Below are positions 10,619 through 20,484 of a stretch of 61,942 nt of DNA, in pieces. Every line of letters starts with the position of its first letter. The stretch's first letter is position 1. The translations under genes and the position numbers were made by a program. The notes beneath the pieces are model-generated. The model searched no databases and was not told the origin of the DNA. It worked only from the letters and a program-made list of their open reading frames with translations. Source of the DNA: a bacterium (GTDB taxonomy: Bacteria > CLD3 > SB21); NCBI GenBank assembly GCA_013360215.1, contig JABWCP010000022.1, positions 1 through 61,942 on the forward strand, given 5' to 3'.

Positions 10619-10634
10619 CTGACCATTAGGTCAA
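10619..10634. promoter_or_regulatory. Putative TetR operator 2
   Basis: CTGACCATTAGGTCAA, same TGACC-N4-RGTCA pattern as 9972-9987, upstream of the hydrolase RBS. Confidence 0.65.
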
Positions 10635-10654
10635 ATATTAAAAACGGAGATTGC

Positions 10655-11575
10655 ATGACGGTCATCATAACAACTTTAGGAATTATTTTATTAATTATAA
10701 TTGCTATGTTACTTCTCACACGTTACATGGCTTACAAATTCCTGGCAGTTAAACTACGCCCCAAAACCAAAACACCGGCGGATTTTCAACTGCCGTATGA
10801 ATCCGTGCAATTTGAAAGCGAAGGACGTTTACTCAACGGTTGGATAATTCGTAATAATCCTCAAATGCCATTGGTTATTTTAGTTCATGGCTGGGAATCC
10901 AATGCTCAAGGCATGCTCCCCCACGCACAATATTTAACAACGGCCGGTTTTAACTTGTTTCTATATGACGCACGCGGGCATGGAGATTCGCAACCCGAAG
11001 ATTACATGTCGCTTGTTCGATTTACCGAAGACCTGGAAAACGCTTACCGTTTTGTGAGACACAAAACAGAATTTAATAACCATCCTGTGATGTTACTCGG
11101 ACATTCGATGGGCGGTGCAACCGTATGTCTGTTTACAGCGCGACACCCTGAAATAATCGCTGTTGTCGTTAGCTCAGCATTTGCGCGTTTTGATCTCATG
11201 ATTCGTGATATGTTTAAAACTCATACCATACTTTTTAACTTACTTTACCCGGTTTTGGTTTCTCATTGGGAACGTATGCTTAAAGTTAAAATGGAAAATT
11301 GGCACCCTGCCGATCATTTGGCGCGCGTCCAATGTCCTGTATTTGTAGCTTTCGGAGGACAAGATGAAATGTTTACGGCTAAGCACTTTGAAACCTTTAC
11401 CGGCGTCGCTACTAACGAACGTGATGAAAAACTTTGGTTGCCCGAGGGGCATCATCGCAATTTATATGAATTTGAATTGTATCGCACATCGGTCACAAAT
11501 TTTTTGGTCCGATATGCAAAAGCCAATTTATATACATTAATGACTGGAGAAAGAACATATGCATCTTTGCCTTAA
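10655..11575 (+). CDS. Membrane-anchored alpha/beta hydrolase
   Basis: N-terminal TM, VHGW, DARGHGDS, nucleophile elbow GHSMG, Asp (GGQDE) and His (GHH). Confidence 0.9.
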   Translation: MTVIITTLGIILLIIIAMLLLTRYMAYKFLAVKLRPKTKTPADFQLPYESVQFESEGRLLNGWIIRNNPQMPLVILVHGWESNAQGMLPHAQYLTTAGFNLFLYDARGHGDSQPEDYMSLVRFTEDLENAYRFVRHKTEFNNHPVMLLGHSMGGATVCLFTARHPEIIAVVVSSAFARFDLMIRDMFKTHTILFNLLYPVLVSHWERMLKVKMENWHPADHLARVQCPVFVAFGGQDEMFTAKHFETFTGVATNERDEKLWLPEGHHRNLYEFELYRTSVTNFLVRYAKANLYTLMTGERTYASLP

Positions 11576-11681
11576 GCGCTGGTTAAAACGCTGGTTTGGC
11601 AATATCTTCAGTTGGTCTTTTTCGCAGAATGATATTGAAGACGGATTACCTAATCTGCATTGGCGTACGCCGAAAAGCTGA
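11559..11681 (+). CDS. Putative 40-aa Trp-rich small protein
   Basis: GGAGA RBS then MHLCLKRWLKRWFGNIFSWSFSQNDIEDGLPNLHWRTPKS*; overlaps the hydrolase stop. Confidence 0.35.
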   Translation: MHLCLKRWLKRWFGNIFSWSFSQNDIEDGLPNLHWRTPKS

Positions 11682-11767
11682 GTTTTTAGCTTGATTTTTT
11701 AGGCTTCGATCAATACTTTGGGCGCGTCATTTGAACATTATCCGCACGTCAAATTCTGAGGTTTTTT

Positions 11768-12466
11768 TTGAGTTTTATGCTTCCCAAAGCGGTGGCTGAC
11801 GGTTTTACTCGCCTTTTGCAGCCATTGATTGCATTTTCAAGCCGCACCCGAATTAATCCCAATTGGTTCACCACATTAGGACTTTTGCTCAATGCAGTTG
11901 CTGCACTTATATTCGTAGCCGGTTCAATGTATGGAACACGCAGTGATTTACATTATATTGGATGGGGTGGTTTTTTTGTTTTGATGGGCGGCATTTGCGA
12001 TATCTTGGATGGCAAAGTGGCCCGCTCTACGGGACTTTCATCGCGATTTGGTGCATTATATGATTCAGTGATTGATCGCTATAGTGAAGTGATCATGTTT
12101 CTCGGTATGGGATATTACCTGATCGGACATAATTATTTTTATGAATCAGTTTTTTGTTTTGTAGCTTTGGGCGGTTCGACGATGGTCAGCTATATTCGTG
12201 CACGATCGGAAGGCTTGCAACTTGAATGTAAAGTCGGACTTATGCAACGGCCCGAGCGAGTGGTTTGGTTAGGTTTTGGCGCTTTATTTTGTGGCCTTTC
12301 TCAGTACTTTGTTTCACCGGATTTTATTTTTTCGATTGGGAGTACACACGTTTTTAAACCCATTTATATTTTCACCGGCCCTATTGTCATAGTCGCCGTG
12401 TTGTCCAATTATACGTCCGTACAACGTATGATTCACAGTTATCATCAAAGCAAAACATCAAACTGA
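11768..12466 (+). CDS. CDP-alcohol phosphatidyltransferase, probable phosphatidylinositol-phosphate synthase
   Basis: Signature DILDGKVAR..G..YDSVIDR; multiple TMs; adjacent to ino1. Confidence 0.85.
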   Translation: MSFMLPKAVADGFTRLLQPLIAFSSRTRINPNWFTTLGLLLNAVAALIFVAGSMYGTRSDLHYIGWGGFFVLMGGICDILDGKVARSTGLSSRFGALYDSVIDRYSEVIMFLGMGYYLIGHNYFYESVFCFVALGGSTMVSYIRARSEGLQLECKVGLMQRPERVVWLGFGALFCGLSQYFVSPDFIFSIGSTHVFKPIYIFTGPIVIVAVLSNYTSVQRMIHSYHQSKTSN

Positions 12467-12506
12467 ATTTGATATTTGTTTTAGCATAATAAGAAGGAGT
12501 CTTGCA

Positions 12507-13823
12507 TTGGAAAAAAAGTCTTTGGATATCAAGCCCGCATCGGGAAAACTGGGAGTCTTATTACCGGGCATGGGCGCTGTGGCTACGACAATGGTCGCAG
12601 GCGTCATTGCCGTTCGTAAAGGTCTCGCTCAACCAGTCGGATCGCTGACCCAACTTGGAACGATACGCCTCGGCAAACGTACCGAAAAACGAATACCTAA
12701 AATCAACGAATTTGTACCGCTTAGCAGTTTGGAACAGATCGCTTTCGGCGGTTGGGATATTTTTGAAGACAACGCCTATCAAGCAGCGATCAAAGCGGGT
12801 GTTATCGAAAAAGATTTGCTCAATCAGATCAAACCGGAGTTAGAAGCGGTAAAACCGATGAAAGCCGTTTTTGATCAACGTTATGTCAAACGCCTCAATG
12901 GTACACATGTCAAGCAAGGCGCCAATAAAATGGAATTAGCCGACATGCTTCGTAAAGACATCCAAGACTTTAAAAAAACAAACGGCTGCGATCGCCTCGT
13001 AATGGTATGGTGCGGTTCTACGGAAGTTTTTATCAAGCCTACCGATGTACATCAGACCATCGAAGCGTTTGAAAAAGGATTACGAGAAAACGATGTCAAT
13101 ATTCCCTCCAGCATGATATACGCTTACGCGGCGATCATGGAAGGCGTCCCTTATGCCAATGGCGCCCCCAATCTATCAGCTGATGTTCCGGCATTGGTGG
13201 ATCTTGCACAGAAAAAAAATGTTCCCATCTGCGGAAAAGATTTCAAAACCGGTCAAACGCTGATGAAGACCATTCTTGCACCAGGATTCAAAGCCCGTCT
13301 GCTTGGAATGAACGGCTGGTATTCAACAAATATTCTCGGAAATCGCGATGGCGAAGTACTTGATGATCCGGAATCCTTCAAAACTAAAGAAGAAAGTAAA
13401 TTATCCGTACTTGAGCACATTTTGCAACCGGAAGTGTATCCGGATCTTTACGGAAAAATTTCACACGTTGTACGAATCAACTATTATCCCCCACGCGGCG
13501 ATAATAAAGAAGGTTGGGACAACATTGATATCTTTGGCTGGCTCGGATATCCGATGCAAATCAAAGTGGACTTTTTGTGCCGTGACTCCATATTAGCTGC
13601 ACCCATCGTCTTAGATCTTGCTTTATTTCTTGATCTGGCATCTCGCTCCGGATTCAAAGGTATTCAAGAATGGCTTTCGTTTTATTTTAAAAGCCCTCAA
13701 CACGCCACGGCAGTTTATCCAGAACATGATCTCTTTATCCAACTGATGAAACTCAAAAACACATTGCGTTGGATGCGCGGCGAAGAACTCATCACGCATT
13801 TGGGATTAGAATATTACGATTAA
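12507..13823 (+). CDS. ino1: myo-Inositol-1(3)-phosphate synthase
   Basis: GMGAVATT, FGGWD, GKDFKTGQT, NILGNRDG, CRDSILAAP, SFYFKSP; AAGGAG RBS before TTG. Confidence 0.95.
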   Translation: MEKKSLDIKPASGKLGVLLPGMGAVATTMVAGVIAVRKGLAQPVGSLTQLGTIRLGKRTEKRIPKINEFVPLSSLEQIAFGGWDIFEDNAYQAAIKAGVIEKDLLNQIKPELEAVKPMKAVFDQRYVKRLNGTHVKQGANKMELADMLRKDIQDFKKTNGCDRLVMVWCGSTEVFIKPTDVHQTIEAFEKGLRENDVNIPSSMIYAYAAIMEGVPYANGAPNLSADVPALVDLAQKKNVPICGKDFKTGQTLMKTILAPGFKARLLGMNGWYSTNILGNRDGEVLDDPESFKTKEESKLSVLEHILQPEVYPDLYGKISHVVRINYYPPRGDNKEGWDNIDIFGWLGYPMQIKVDFLCRDSILAAPIVLDLALFLDLASRSGFKGIQEWLSFYFKSPQHATAVYPEHDLFIQLMKLKNTLRWMRGEELITHLGLEYYD

Positions 13824-13841
13824 TCGAAGATTGTTCACATC

Positions 13842-13872
13842 AAAAAAGGGAGCGTTTTGCGCTCCCTTTTTT
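13842..13872. terminator. Bidirectional intrinsic terminator
   Basis: AAAAAAGGGAGCG-tttt-GCGCTCCCTTTTTT between convergent genes. Confidence 0.85.
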
Positions 13873-13891
13873 ATTTCTATCGTCTGAGATT

Positions 13892-15136
13892 TCACTTTAT
13901 CGCCGGCTTAAATACTTTGATATCGCCGTCATTGGCCGAAGGCGATATTCCAAGTATATGACACACCAATGCATAGATATGAATGTTTTCAAACGATGGG
14001 ATCATCTTTCCTTTTTCAAACACTGGGCCTGACGCGATAAATAAGCCGCCCATCTCTTTGATTTCCGGATCAAAACCATGTGAACCATAAAGCCATCGGT
14101 CTTTATACCGTCTGGCATAATCACGCGTTGTGATAGACCACGGCGGCTCCGTCAGACATATGATTTCAGGAATTCTCGGATTTCCTTTAAATTTAAAACG
14201 CGCCGGAACGTTTTCCCGTGTATAAACCTGCATCCTCGGATGTTTATTGACCAAGGTTTTATAAACCTCATCCACATTTCCGTTTTTTGTCCAGATACCC
14301 ACAAACGGAGTTTCATTTAAAATGCGTACGGAGTTAACATCTATCATATCATCGAGAAATATAAGGCTATCCGGCAAAACAGTAGCCATACCGTGATCGG
14401 ACACCAAAATTATATTTACCTGTTCACTCAATCCCATTTGATCAATACCTTCGACCAACGAACCGATGACGGAATCTACATGCATTACAGCTCGATGTAT
14501 TTCCTGAGATTCCGGACCAAATTCATGTCCGACTTCATCGGTAATGCTAAAATAGGTTGCAATAAATCGAGGCTTTAAATTTTGAGGCAGGGTAAGCCAG
14601 GAAAGCACGGTATCAATTCGGTCATAGTTTCGCACAGCACCGTTATATCGCTTCCATAAACTGGCACGATGACCTTGAATTAGCGCTTCGGATCCCGGCC
14701 AAAAGAAAGAAGCTGCTTTTATATTTTGTTTTTCCACTGTATTCCACAAGGGTTCGCCACCCCACCAATGCGAGTCCTTATTGGCGTTAGAATCTTTGTA
14801 TGAAAAAGCCTTTTGATATTCCGGATCCCAGAATTGATTAGAAATTATCCCATGATGTGCCGGATATAAACCCGTAATTATCGAATAATGATTAGCGAAA
14901 GTTTTAGACGGAAAAACGGATATTAACGCCTCGGAACGGACGCCGCGTTTGGCCAAAGCCGTCAAATTTGGAGCCGTATATTTTTCCAAATAATCATACC
15001 GAAATCCATCCAATGAAATCAAAATAACGGATGATTTGCTTGCGTCGGATTGTGCGGTAGTATGATTAGCTTGGCATCCCGCTAAGCTAAAGATGATGCT
15101 TAAAAGAATAGTTGGTAAAATGTTACGTAGTATCAC
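13892..15136 (-). CDS. Nucleotide pyrophosphatase/phosphodiesterase (alkaline phosphatase superfamily) lipoprotein
   Basis: Lipobox LAGC; ISLDGFRYDY, PSKTFANH (catalytic Thr), DEVGH, VSDHGM, GSHGFD. Confidence 0.92.
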   Translation of the reverse strand: MILRNILPTILLSIIFSLAGCQANHTTAQSDASKSSVILISLDGFRYDYLEKYTAPNLTALAKRGVRSEALISVFPSKTFANHYSIITGLYPAHHGIISNQFWDPEYQKAFSYKDSNANKDSHWWGGEPLWNTVEKQNIKAASFFWPGSEALIQGHRASLWKRYNGAVRNYDRIDTVLSWLTLPQNLKPRFIATYFSITDEVGHEFGPESQEIHRAVMHVDSVIGSLVEGIDQMGLSEQVNIILVSDHGMATVLPDSLIFLDDMIDVNSVRILNETPFVGIWTKNGNVDEVYKTLVNKHPRMQVYTRENVPARFKFKGNPRIPEIICLTEPPWSITTRDYARRYKDRWLYGSHGFDPEIKEMGGLFIASGPVFEKGKMIPSFENIHIYALVCHILGISPSANDGDIKVFKPAIK

Positions 15137-15262
15137 AAAAGCACTCCCAATAAGGATTTTACAGAGATGCGACTAACATACTCAATGCACAAATAAAAGA
15201 AAATATTTAATTGCAGGTTGTTGCTTTTTTGTCTAATATGCGCGCCGAATTGAAGGAAAACC

Positions 15263-16870
15263 ATGAGCATAATCAACGAAATAAAAAAAAGACGCACGTT
15301 CGCCATTATTTCTCACCCGGACGCCGGTAAGACAACCCTGACAGAGAAATTTTTGTTATATGGCGGCGCTGTACAACTGGCCGGATCGGTTACGGCGCGT
15401 AAAAATCAACGCACGTCTCGTTCTGATTGGATGGAACTCGAAAAGCAACGCGGTATTTCGATATCCTCTACCGTTTTACAATTTGAATATACAGGTTTCA
15501 AGATCAACTTACTTGATACGCCCGGCCATCAAGATTTTTCCGAGGATACTTATCGTGTATTAACAGCCGTGGATGCCGTGGTTATGGTGATTGACGCAGC
15601 CAAAGGTATTGAAGCACAAACGCGTAAACTTTTTGAAGTGTGCCGGCGGCGGCGCGTACCGATTTTCACGTTTATCAATAAATTGGATCGCCCTACACTT
15701 GAGCCTTTAGCACTGATCGATGAAATCGAAAGTATTTTGCAAATCCACGTGTATCCGATGAATTGGCCATTGGGAACCGGCGTGGATTTTCGCGGCGTTT
15801 TAGATCGTCAAGCCAAAGAAGTACATCTTTTTGAACGCACAACCGGCGGCGCGTATCGTGCACCGGTTTCCGTATTTGATGTCAGCGACCCGCTTGTCAA
15901 AAACATGATGAGTCCCAATACTTACGCGACTGTAGTCGAAGAGTTGGAGATGCTGGATGCGGCCGGTGCTTCCTTTGATGTAAAAGCGGTTCATCGAGGT
16001 GAACTCACCCCCGTTTTTTTTGGCAGTGCAATGAATAATTTTGGTGTGCAACTGCTATTGGACGGATTTCTTCGCTACTCCATCGAACCCGCACCGCGCA
16101 TCGTGGACGAACGTATCATCGAACCACAAATGGAAGCCTTTTCCGCTTTTATTTTTAAAATACAAGCCAATATGGATCCTAAACATCGCGATCGTATTGC
16201 CTTTATGCGCGTTTGTTCGGGTAAGTTTTCTCGCGATATGATGGTTACGCATACACGAACCGGAAAAAAAGTACGCCTGTCCAATTCGCATAAATTATTT
16301 GGTCAACAGCGGGAAACCGTAGATGACGCGTATGCCGGTGATATTGTAGGGTTGGTCGGTCACTCCGAATTTGGCATCGGAGATACGCTAACAGAAGATC
16401 AAACAATCGTGTACAAAGAAATACCCCGATTCCCCCCGGAATGCTTTTCGTTCTTACACAATCCCAACCCATCAAAATTTAAACGTTTTCGAGAAGGGCT
16501 AGAACAGCTATTACAGGAAGGCGTGGTACAAGCTTTTTATTTAAAAAATTCTTACGAAAAAGTACCGATTTTGGCCGCCGTCGGACCGTTACAATTTGAA
16601 GTCGTACAATTTCGCCTGGAAAGTGAATACGGAGCAGAATGTCGACTGGAAAGTACAAATTGGAAAGTGGTAAGATGGGTTTCTCCCGAAGCCGATTGGG
16701 AAAATATTTCAAAAATCTACCTTCCGACCGGTGCAGCATACGCCGAAGATATGGCCCACGAAACGGTTATTCTCTTTCCGGATGAGTGGACGTGTAATTA
16801 TTTTATCGAAAAAAATCCGGAAGTGCAGTTATCATCATTTTCTTATAAAGATGCCACCGTACTGGATTAA
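15263..16870 (+). CDS. prfC: Peptide chain release factor 3
   Basis: RRTFAIISHPDAGKTT, DTPGHQDFSEDTYR, NKLD, AVGPLQFEV. Confidence 0.97.
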   Translation: MSIINEIKKRRTFAIISHPDAGKTTLTEKFLLYGGAVQLAGSVTARKNQRTSRSDWMELEKQRGISISSTVLQFEYTGFKINLLDTPGHQDFSEDTYRVLTAVDAVVMVIDAAKGIEAQTRKLFEVCRRRRVPIFTFINKLDRPTLEPLALIDEIESILQIHVYPMNWPLGTGVDFRGVLDRQAKEVHLFERTTGGAYRAPVSVFDVSDPLVKNMMSPNTYATVVEELEMLDAAGASFDVKAVHRGELTPVFFGSAMNNFGVQLLLDGFLRYSIEPAPRIVDERIIEPQMEAFSAFIFKIQANMDPKHRDRIAFMRVCSGKFSRDMMVTHTRTGKKVRLSNSHKLFGQQRETVDDAYAGDIVGLVGHSEFGIGDTLTEDQTIVYKEIPRFPPECFSFLHNPNPSKFKRFREGLEQLLQEGVVQAFYLKNSYEKVPILAAVGPLQFEVVQFRLESEYGAECRLESTNWKVVRWVSPEADWENISKIYLPTGAAYAEDMAHETVILFPDEWTCNYFIEKNPEVQLSSFSYKDATVLD

Positions 16871-17514
16871 ACGCGTTTAAATTTTCGGTCATACGTTTCT
16901 TGCGATGAAATCACCTCATCGCGCGGCATACCCGATTTTTCGAGTACGTCATCCGGCATAAGTTTCAACCACCCAAAAAATTTTTCGGCATCCGAATCTG
17001 CGGCGATGCCGGCTTCCGCCATATCAAATAACCAATCCTCGCCTTTTTCATAACGTCCGGCTCGAGTTAACCATTCCAATACAGTCTGATAATACCCCGG
17101 ATTTCCTGCGTACAGTATATCATGGGTTATACAAAAATCCATTTTTTCAGATCGTGATTGGAAATCACCTACGTTGAGACTGGCCTCATAAAAACACAGC
17201 CAAGCCTTGCGAAAAACACGCGCCGCTTCCATTTCTTTGTTTTCACTTTTCAGAATGCGCCCTTGTTGTAATAACAGTTCACCGACGCTATCAAAAAGTT
17301 CGGCTGTCCACTCCGATTTCCTCAGCAAAGTGATCAAATCCATTTCCGTCATACTATCCAGAAGATCCGGTGAAACGGAAACAGCCTGTGCTAAAGTAGA
17401 ACGAATGTCTTCCAGCGCTTGTTGTTGTTCCTGCGGTTGCGGCATATTCATAACGCGTGCCAAAGCTTTGGCGCAGAGATCAACTAAGCGCATGATATAA
17501 TCGCGATGTATCAT
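16867..17514 (-). CDS. Hypothetical protein (DUF6483-like)
   Basis: N-terminal MIHRDYIMRLV..., helical TPR-like body, C-terminal L..SGMPRDEV pattern. Confidence 0.6.
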   Translation of the reverse strand: MIHRDYIMRLVDLCAKALARVMNMPQPQEQQQALEDIRSTLAQAVSVSPDLLDSMTEMDLITLLRKSEWTAELFDSVGELLLQQGRILKSENKEMEAARVFRKAWLCFYEASLNVGDFQSRSEKMDFCITHDILYAGNPGYYQTVLEWLTRAGRYEKGEDWLFDMAEAGIAADSDAEKFFGWLKLMPDDVLEKSGMPRDEVISSQETYDRKFKRV

Positions 17515-17537
17515 AGTTTGTCTAACACTTTAAACAT

Positions 17538-17562
17538 AAAAAAAGCCGCGTGATGCGGCTTT
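17538..17562 (-). terminator. Intrinsic terminator after adk
   Basis: AAAAAAAGCCGC-gtgat-GCGGCTTT. Confidence 0.7.
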
Positions 17563-17581
17563 ATTACTTTGGGATCAAATT

Positions 17582-18232
17582 TCATTTTTCAACTTCTAAA
17601 ATGGCGAGTATTTTTTTATACACGACACCCATCGGTAATTGTCCGTCTATAGCATGGAGTTTGCCGCGTTTACGGTAATATTCACGAAGCGGAGCCGTCT
17701 CTTTTTCATAAACCTTGAGCCGGTTCTCTATGGCTTCCTTTTTATCATCGGATCGCTGATATATTTCTCCACCGTCTTTATCGCATACACCTTCGACTTT
17801 GGGCGGATTGGTCACTTTATTGTAAACGGCTCCGCAGCTACGGCAGATAATACGGTGCGAAAGGCGGTTCACGAGTTCTTCGGAATCCACATTGATGTCA
17901 ATCACCGCGTCAATCTGGATGCTCATACGCGATAACAAGGCATCTAACGCCTCTGCCTGCGGGATAGTCCGAGGATATCCGTCAAGAATGAAACCGTAAT
18001 GCGCATCATCAAGGCGCAAGCGTTCCTCGACAAGGCCAATGATGATTTCATCAGGTACTAATTGGCCTTGATCCATGTAGGATTTGGCTTTAAGACCGAG
18101 CGGCGTATTATTCCGAATGGCTTCGCGCAACATATCACCGGTGGAAATTTGCGGAATTTTAAATTCCTCCACCAATAATTTGGATTGCGTGCCTTTACCG
18201 ACACCGGGGGCGCCCAGCAACAATAAACGCAT
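17582..18232 (-). CDS. adk: Adenylate kinase (Zn-lid type)
   Basis: GAPGVGKGTQ, ISTGDMLR, LDGYPRT, lid CRSC...CDKD. Confidence 0.97.
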   Translation of the reverse strand: MRLLLLGAPGVGKGTQSKLLVEEFKIPQISTGDMLREAIRNNTPLGLKAKSYMDQGQLVPDEIIIGLVEERLRLDDAHYGFILDGYPRTIPQAEALDALLSRMSIQIDAVIDINVDSEELVNRLSHRIICRSCGAVYNKVTNPPKVEGVCDKDGGEIYQRSDDKKEAIENRLKVYEKETAPLREYYRKRGKLHAIDGQLPMGVVYKKILAILEVEK

Positions 18233-18246
18233 GCGAATGATTCCTC

Positions 18247-18963
18247 CTATAATTCAACAATATCAGATTGTAGTTCTTCGGCATATTTCCGCAGTGGAAA
18301 CTGCAAATTCTGCTCAGTAATATAATGATCCATCGAAAAAACCGGATTGGTTGTTTTCCGGTAACGCATATAATAACAGGGTTTACCCATCGCCTTCCAT
18401 TTGCGTTCGTATTTTGTTTGAATGTAGCCTTCTAACTGTGAAGAAAAACCTTCGGGTATCAGTGATTCCCAACAACCGGAATCACCAATCGCTTCAAACA
18501 CCCAATCTCTATAGTCTGCATCATCCGTCGCTATCGTCAGCACTCCGGTCATGCGCGTCGCCAACATCTGAAGCATCAACGTATTAATCACGCGGCGCTT
18601 GAGGCGTCGTTTTTTGAACCAAGGATCCGGGTAATTGATATATACATCGGCTATGGTCTCTTTGCCAAATAAGCGCCAGGTGAACAGCTTAGCATCCCCG
18701 ATCAATAGTCTGCCATTGGTCAAACCGGTTTGATGTAGCTTTCGATCGGCTTTTTTTAGATAAAAACCGTCTATTTCAATTCCGACCATATTGCGCAATT
18801 TGTTCTGCGCACAAAAAGGAACCAGGAAACTTCCGTTACCAATACCGATTTCCAGATCAATCGGATTCATATTACCAAAGATCGTTGGCCAATCAAGCGG
18901 ATCATCTTCGATAAGACGTCGTTTGATTGCCGGCGTTCGCCAATCAATTATCGCTGTTTCCAT
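18247..18963 (-). CDS. trmB: tRNA (guanine-N7)-methyltransferase
   Basis: LEIGIGNG, GIE, NYPDPWFKKR, IATD, TKYE. Confidence 0.9.
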   Translation of the reverse strand: METAIIDWRTPAIKRRLIEDDPLDWPTIFGNMNPIDLEIGIGNGSFLVPFCAQNKLRNMVGIEIDGFYLKKADRKLHQTGLTNGRLLIGDAKLFTWRLFGKETIADVYINYPDPWFKKRRLKRRVINTLMLQMLATRMTGVLTIATDDADYRDWVFEAIGDSGCWESLIPEGFSSQLEGYIQTKYERKWKAMGKPCYYMRYRKTTNPVFSMDHYITEQNLQFPLRKYAEELQSDIVEL

Positions 18964-18970
18964 AATTCGA

Positions 18971-19753
18971 TCAGCGATCCTGAAAATTGGGCTTGCGCTT
19001 TTCGAGAAATGCGGATACCCCTTCTTTCATATCGGCTGAGTTATATAACTCTGCAAAACAGGATGACTCGACTTCCATCGAAGCCGCCATTTCGAGACTG
19101 GCGCCCTGTTTCATTGACTTCAAAGCTTGTTTGATTGCTACCGCGCTTTTACTAGTCATCTTGGCTGCCAGTTTTTTGACATCATCAAGCAGCGTATCCT
19201 TAGAAACAACCATGTTTACCAAACCGATAGCCAACGCTTCTTCCGAGCGCACTTGATCACCGGACAAAATCATTTGTGAAGCTTTGCTTAAACCAACAAT
19301 GCGGGGCAAGCGCTGCGTACCACCGAATCCGGGTATAATACCCAGTGTGATTTCAGGCAACCCCATAAAAGAACGATCCGAAGCAACACGCATGTGGCAA
19401 CTCATGGCTAATTCCAATCCACCGCCGAGGCAAAACCCGTTAATCGCAGCGATCACAGGTTTTGGACCGTTTTCTATTTTTAAAAACACCTTTTGACCGA
19501 ACGCCGACATTTCTTTTGCTTGCTGCTGGGATGTCAATTTTGAAATTTCTTCGATATCCGCACCGCTTGCAAACGTTTTTCCCGCACCGGTAATAACGAT
19601 GACCTTGACCTCCGGATTGGCATGCAATTCATCCATCATACGATCGAGTTCTTGCAACAAAGGCATCTTAAGGCTGTTGCCCGGAGGATTATTCAATCCC
19701 ACAATAGCAATTTTCTCTGCAATCTCAAGCGTCAGATACTGAAATGTTGACAT
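18971..19753 (-). CDS. Enoyl-CoA hydratase/crotonase
   Basis: FASGADI, AAINGFCLGGGLELAMSC, PEITLGIIPGFGGTQRL. Confidence 0.93.
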   Translation of the reverse strand: MSTFQYLTLEIAEKIAIVGLNNPPGNSLKMPLLQELDRMMDELHANPEVKVIVITGAGKTFASGADIEEISKLTSQQQAKEMSAFGQKVFLKIENGPKPVIAAINGFCLGGGLELAMSCHMRVASDRSFMGLPEITLGIIPGFGGTQRLPRIVGLSKASQMILSGDQVRSEEALAIGLVNMVVSKDTLLDDVKKLAAKMTSKSAVAIKQALKSMKQGASLEMAASMEVESSCFAELYNSADMKEGVSAFLEKRKPNFQDR

Positions 19754-19813
19754 TGGCGCTTCCTTTTTTGGTTCAGAATATATTATTCAGAGCGGACAAT
19801 TCAAACTGTAAAA

Positions 19814-20371
19814 TCAAGGTTGGGCAAGTAGGGTCAGAATTTGCTCTTCTATCTTTATTTCATCGCCTGCCGTGTACCCTTTTTTGTAAAAATGCACGGT
19901 ACCGTCCTTACGGATCATTACCAGCGTTGGCAGAACAGTCATGGATAAACCTTTATCTTTGACATCAAATTTTTCGGCTGTCTTACCGTAAATATCCATC
20001 AGAACCGGAAGTGTCACAGGGTTTTCTGCAAGAAAACTCAGCACTTTATCTTGCGTCTCAGCGACGTTAATCAAAAATATACGTACATCGGCGTATTTGG
20101 ACTGTAACTTTTCGAGTTCCGGTATTTCTTTACGGCATGGTCCGCACCAACTCGCAAAGAAACTAAGAATCACTGTATTTCGTTCTTTCTTAGCCTTAGG
20201 CAGCGAGCGCGGTTCGCCATAATAATCTTTGGAATAAAACTCGCTTTGATCCAAATATTTCAGAAAAAAATTCGGCGCCATTGAGCCGGGTTGCAAAGCG
20301 TTTTCACTTTGCGCCGTCAATGACGTCAATGGGGCTATCCATAATAACAAAAAAAAATTACGCACACGCAT
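19814..20371 (-). CDS. TlpA/ResA-like exported thiol-disulfide oxidoreductase
   Basis: Signal peptide, FFASWCGPCRKE, cis-Pro LPT. Confidence 0.88.
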   Translation of the reverse strand: MRVRNFFLLLWIAPLTSLTAQSENALQPGSMAPNFFLKYLDQSEFYSKDYYGEPRSLPKAKKERNTVILSFFASWCGPCRKEIPELEKLQSKYADVRIFLINVAETQDKVLSFLAENPVTLPVLMDIYGKTAEKFDVKDKGLSMTVLPTLVMIRKDGTVHFYKKGYTAGDEIKIEEQILTLLAQP

Positions 20372-20429
20372 TATCGGTTATTCTGTTAAATCTAAATAAT
20401 GTAAGCGGTTCGAATAACAAATAAAACAG

Positions 20430-20460
20430 AAAAGGTAACCTGTAGAACAGGTTACCTTTT
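20430..20460 (-). terminator. Terminator after rplI
   Basis: AAAAGGTAACCTGT-aga-ACAGGTTACCTTTT perfect hairpin. Confidence 0.85.
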
Positions 20461-20484
20461 CACAAACAAGTACCTGGCGTTGTG

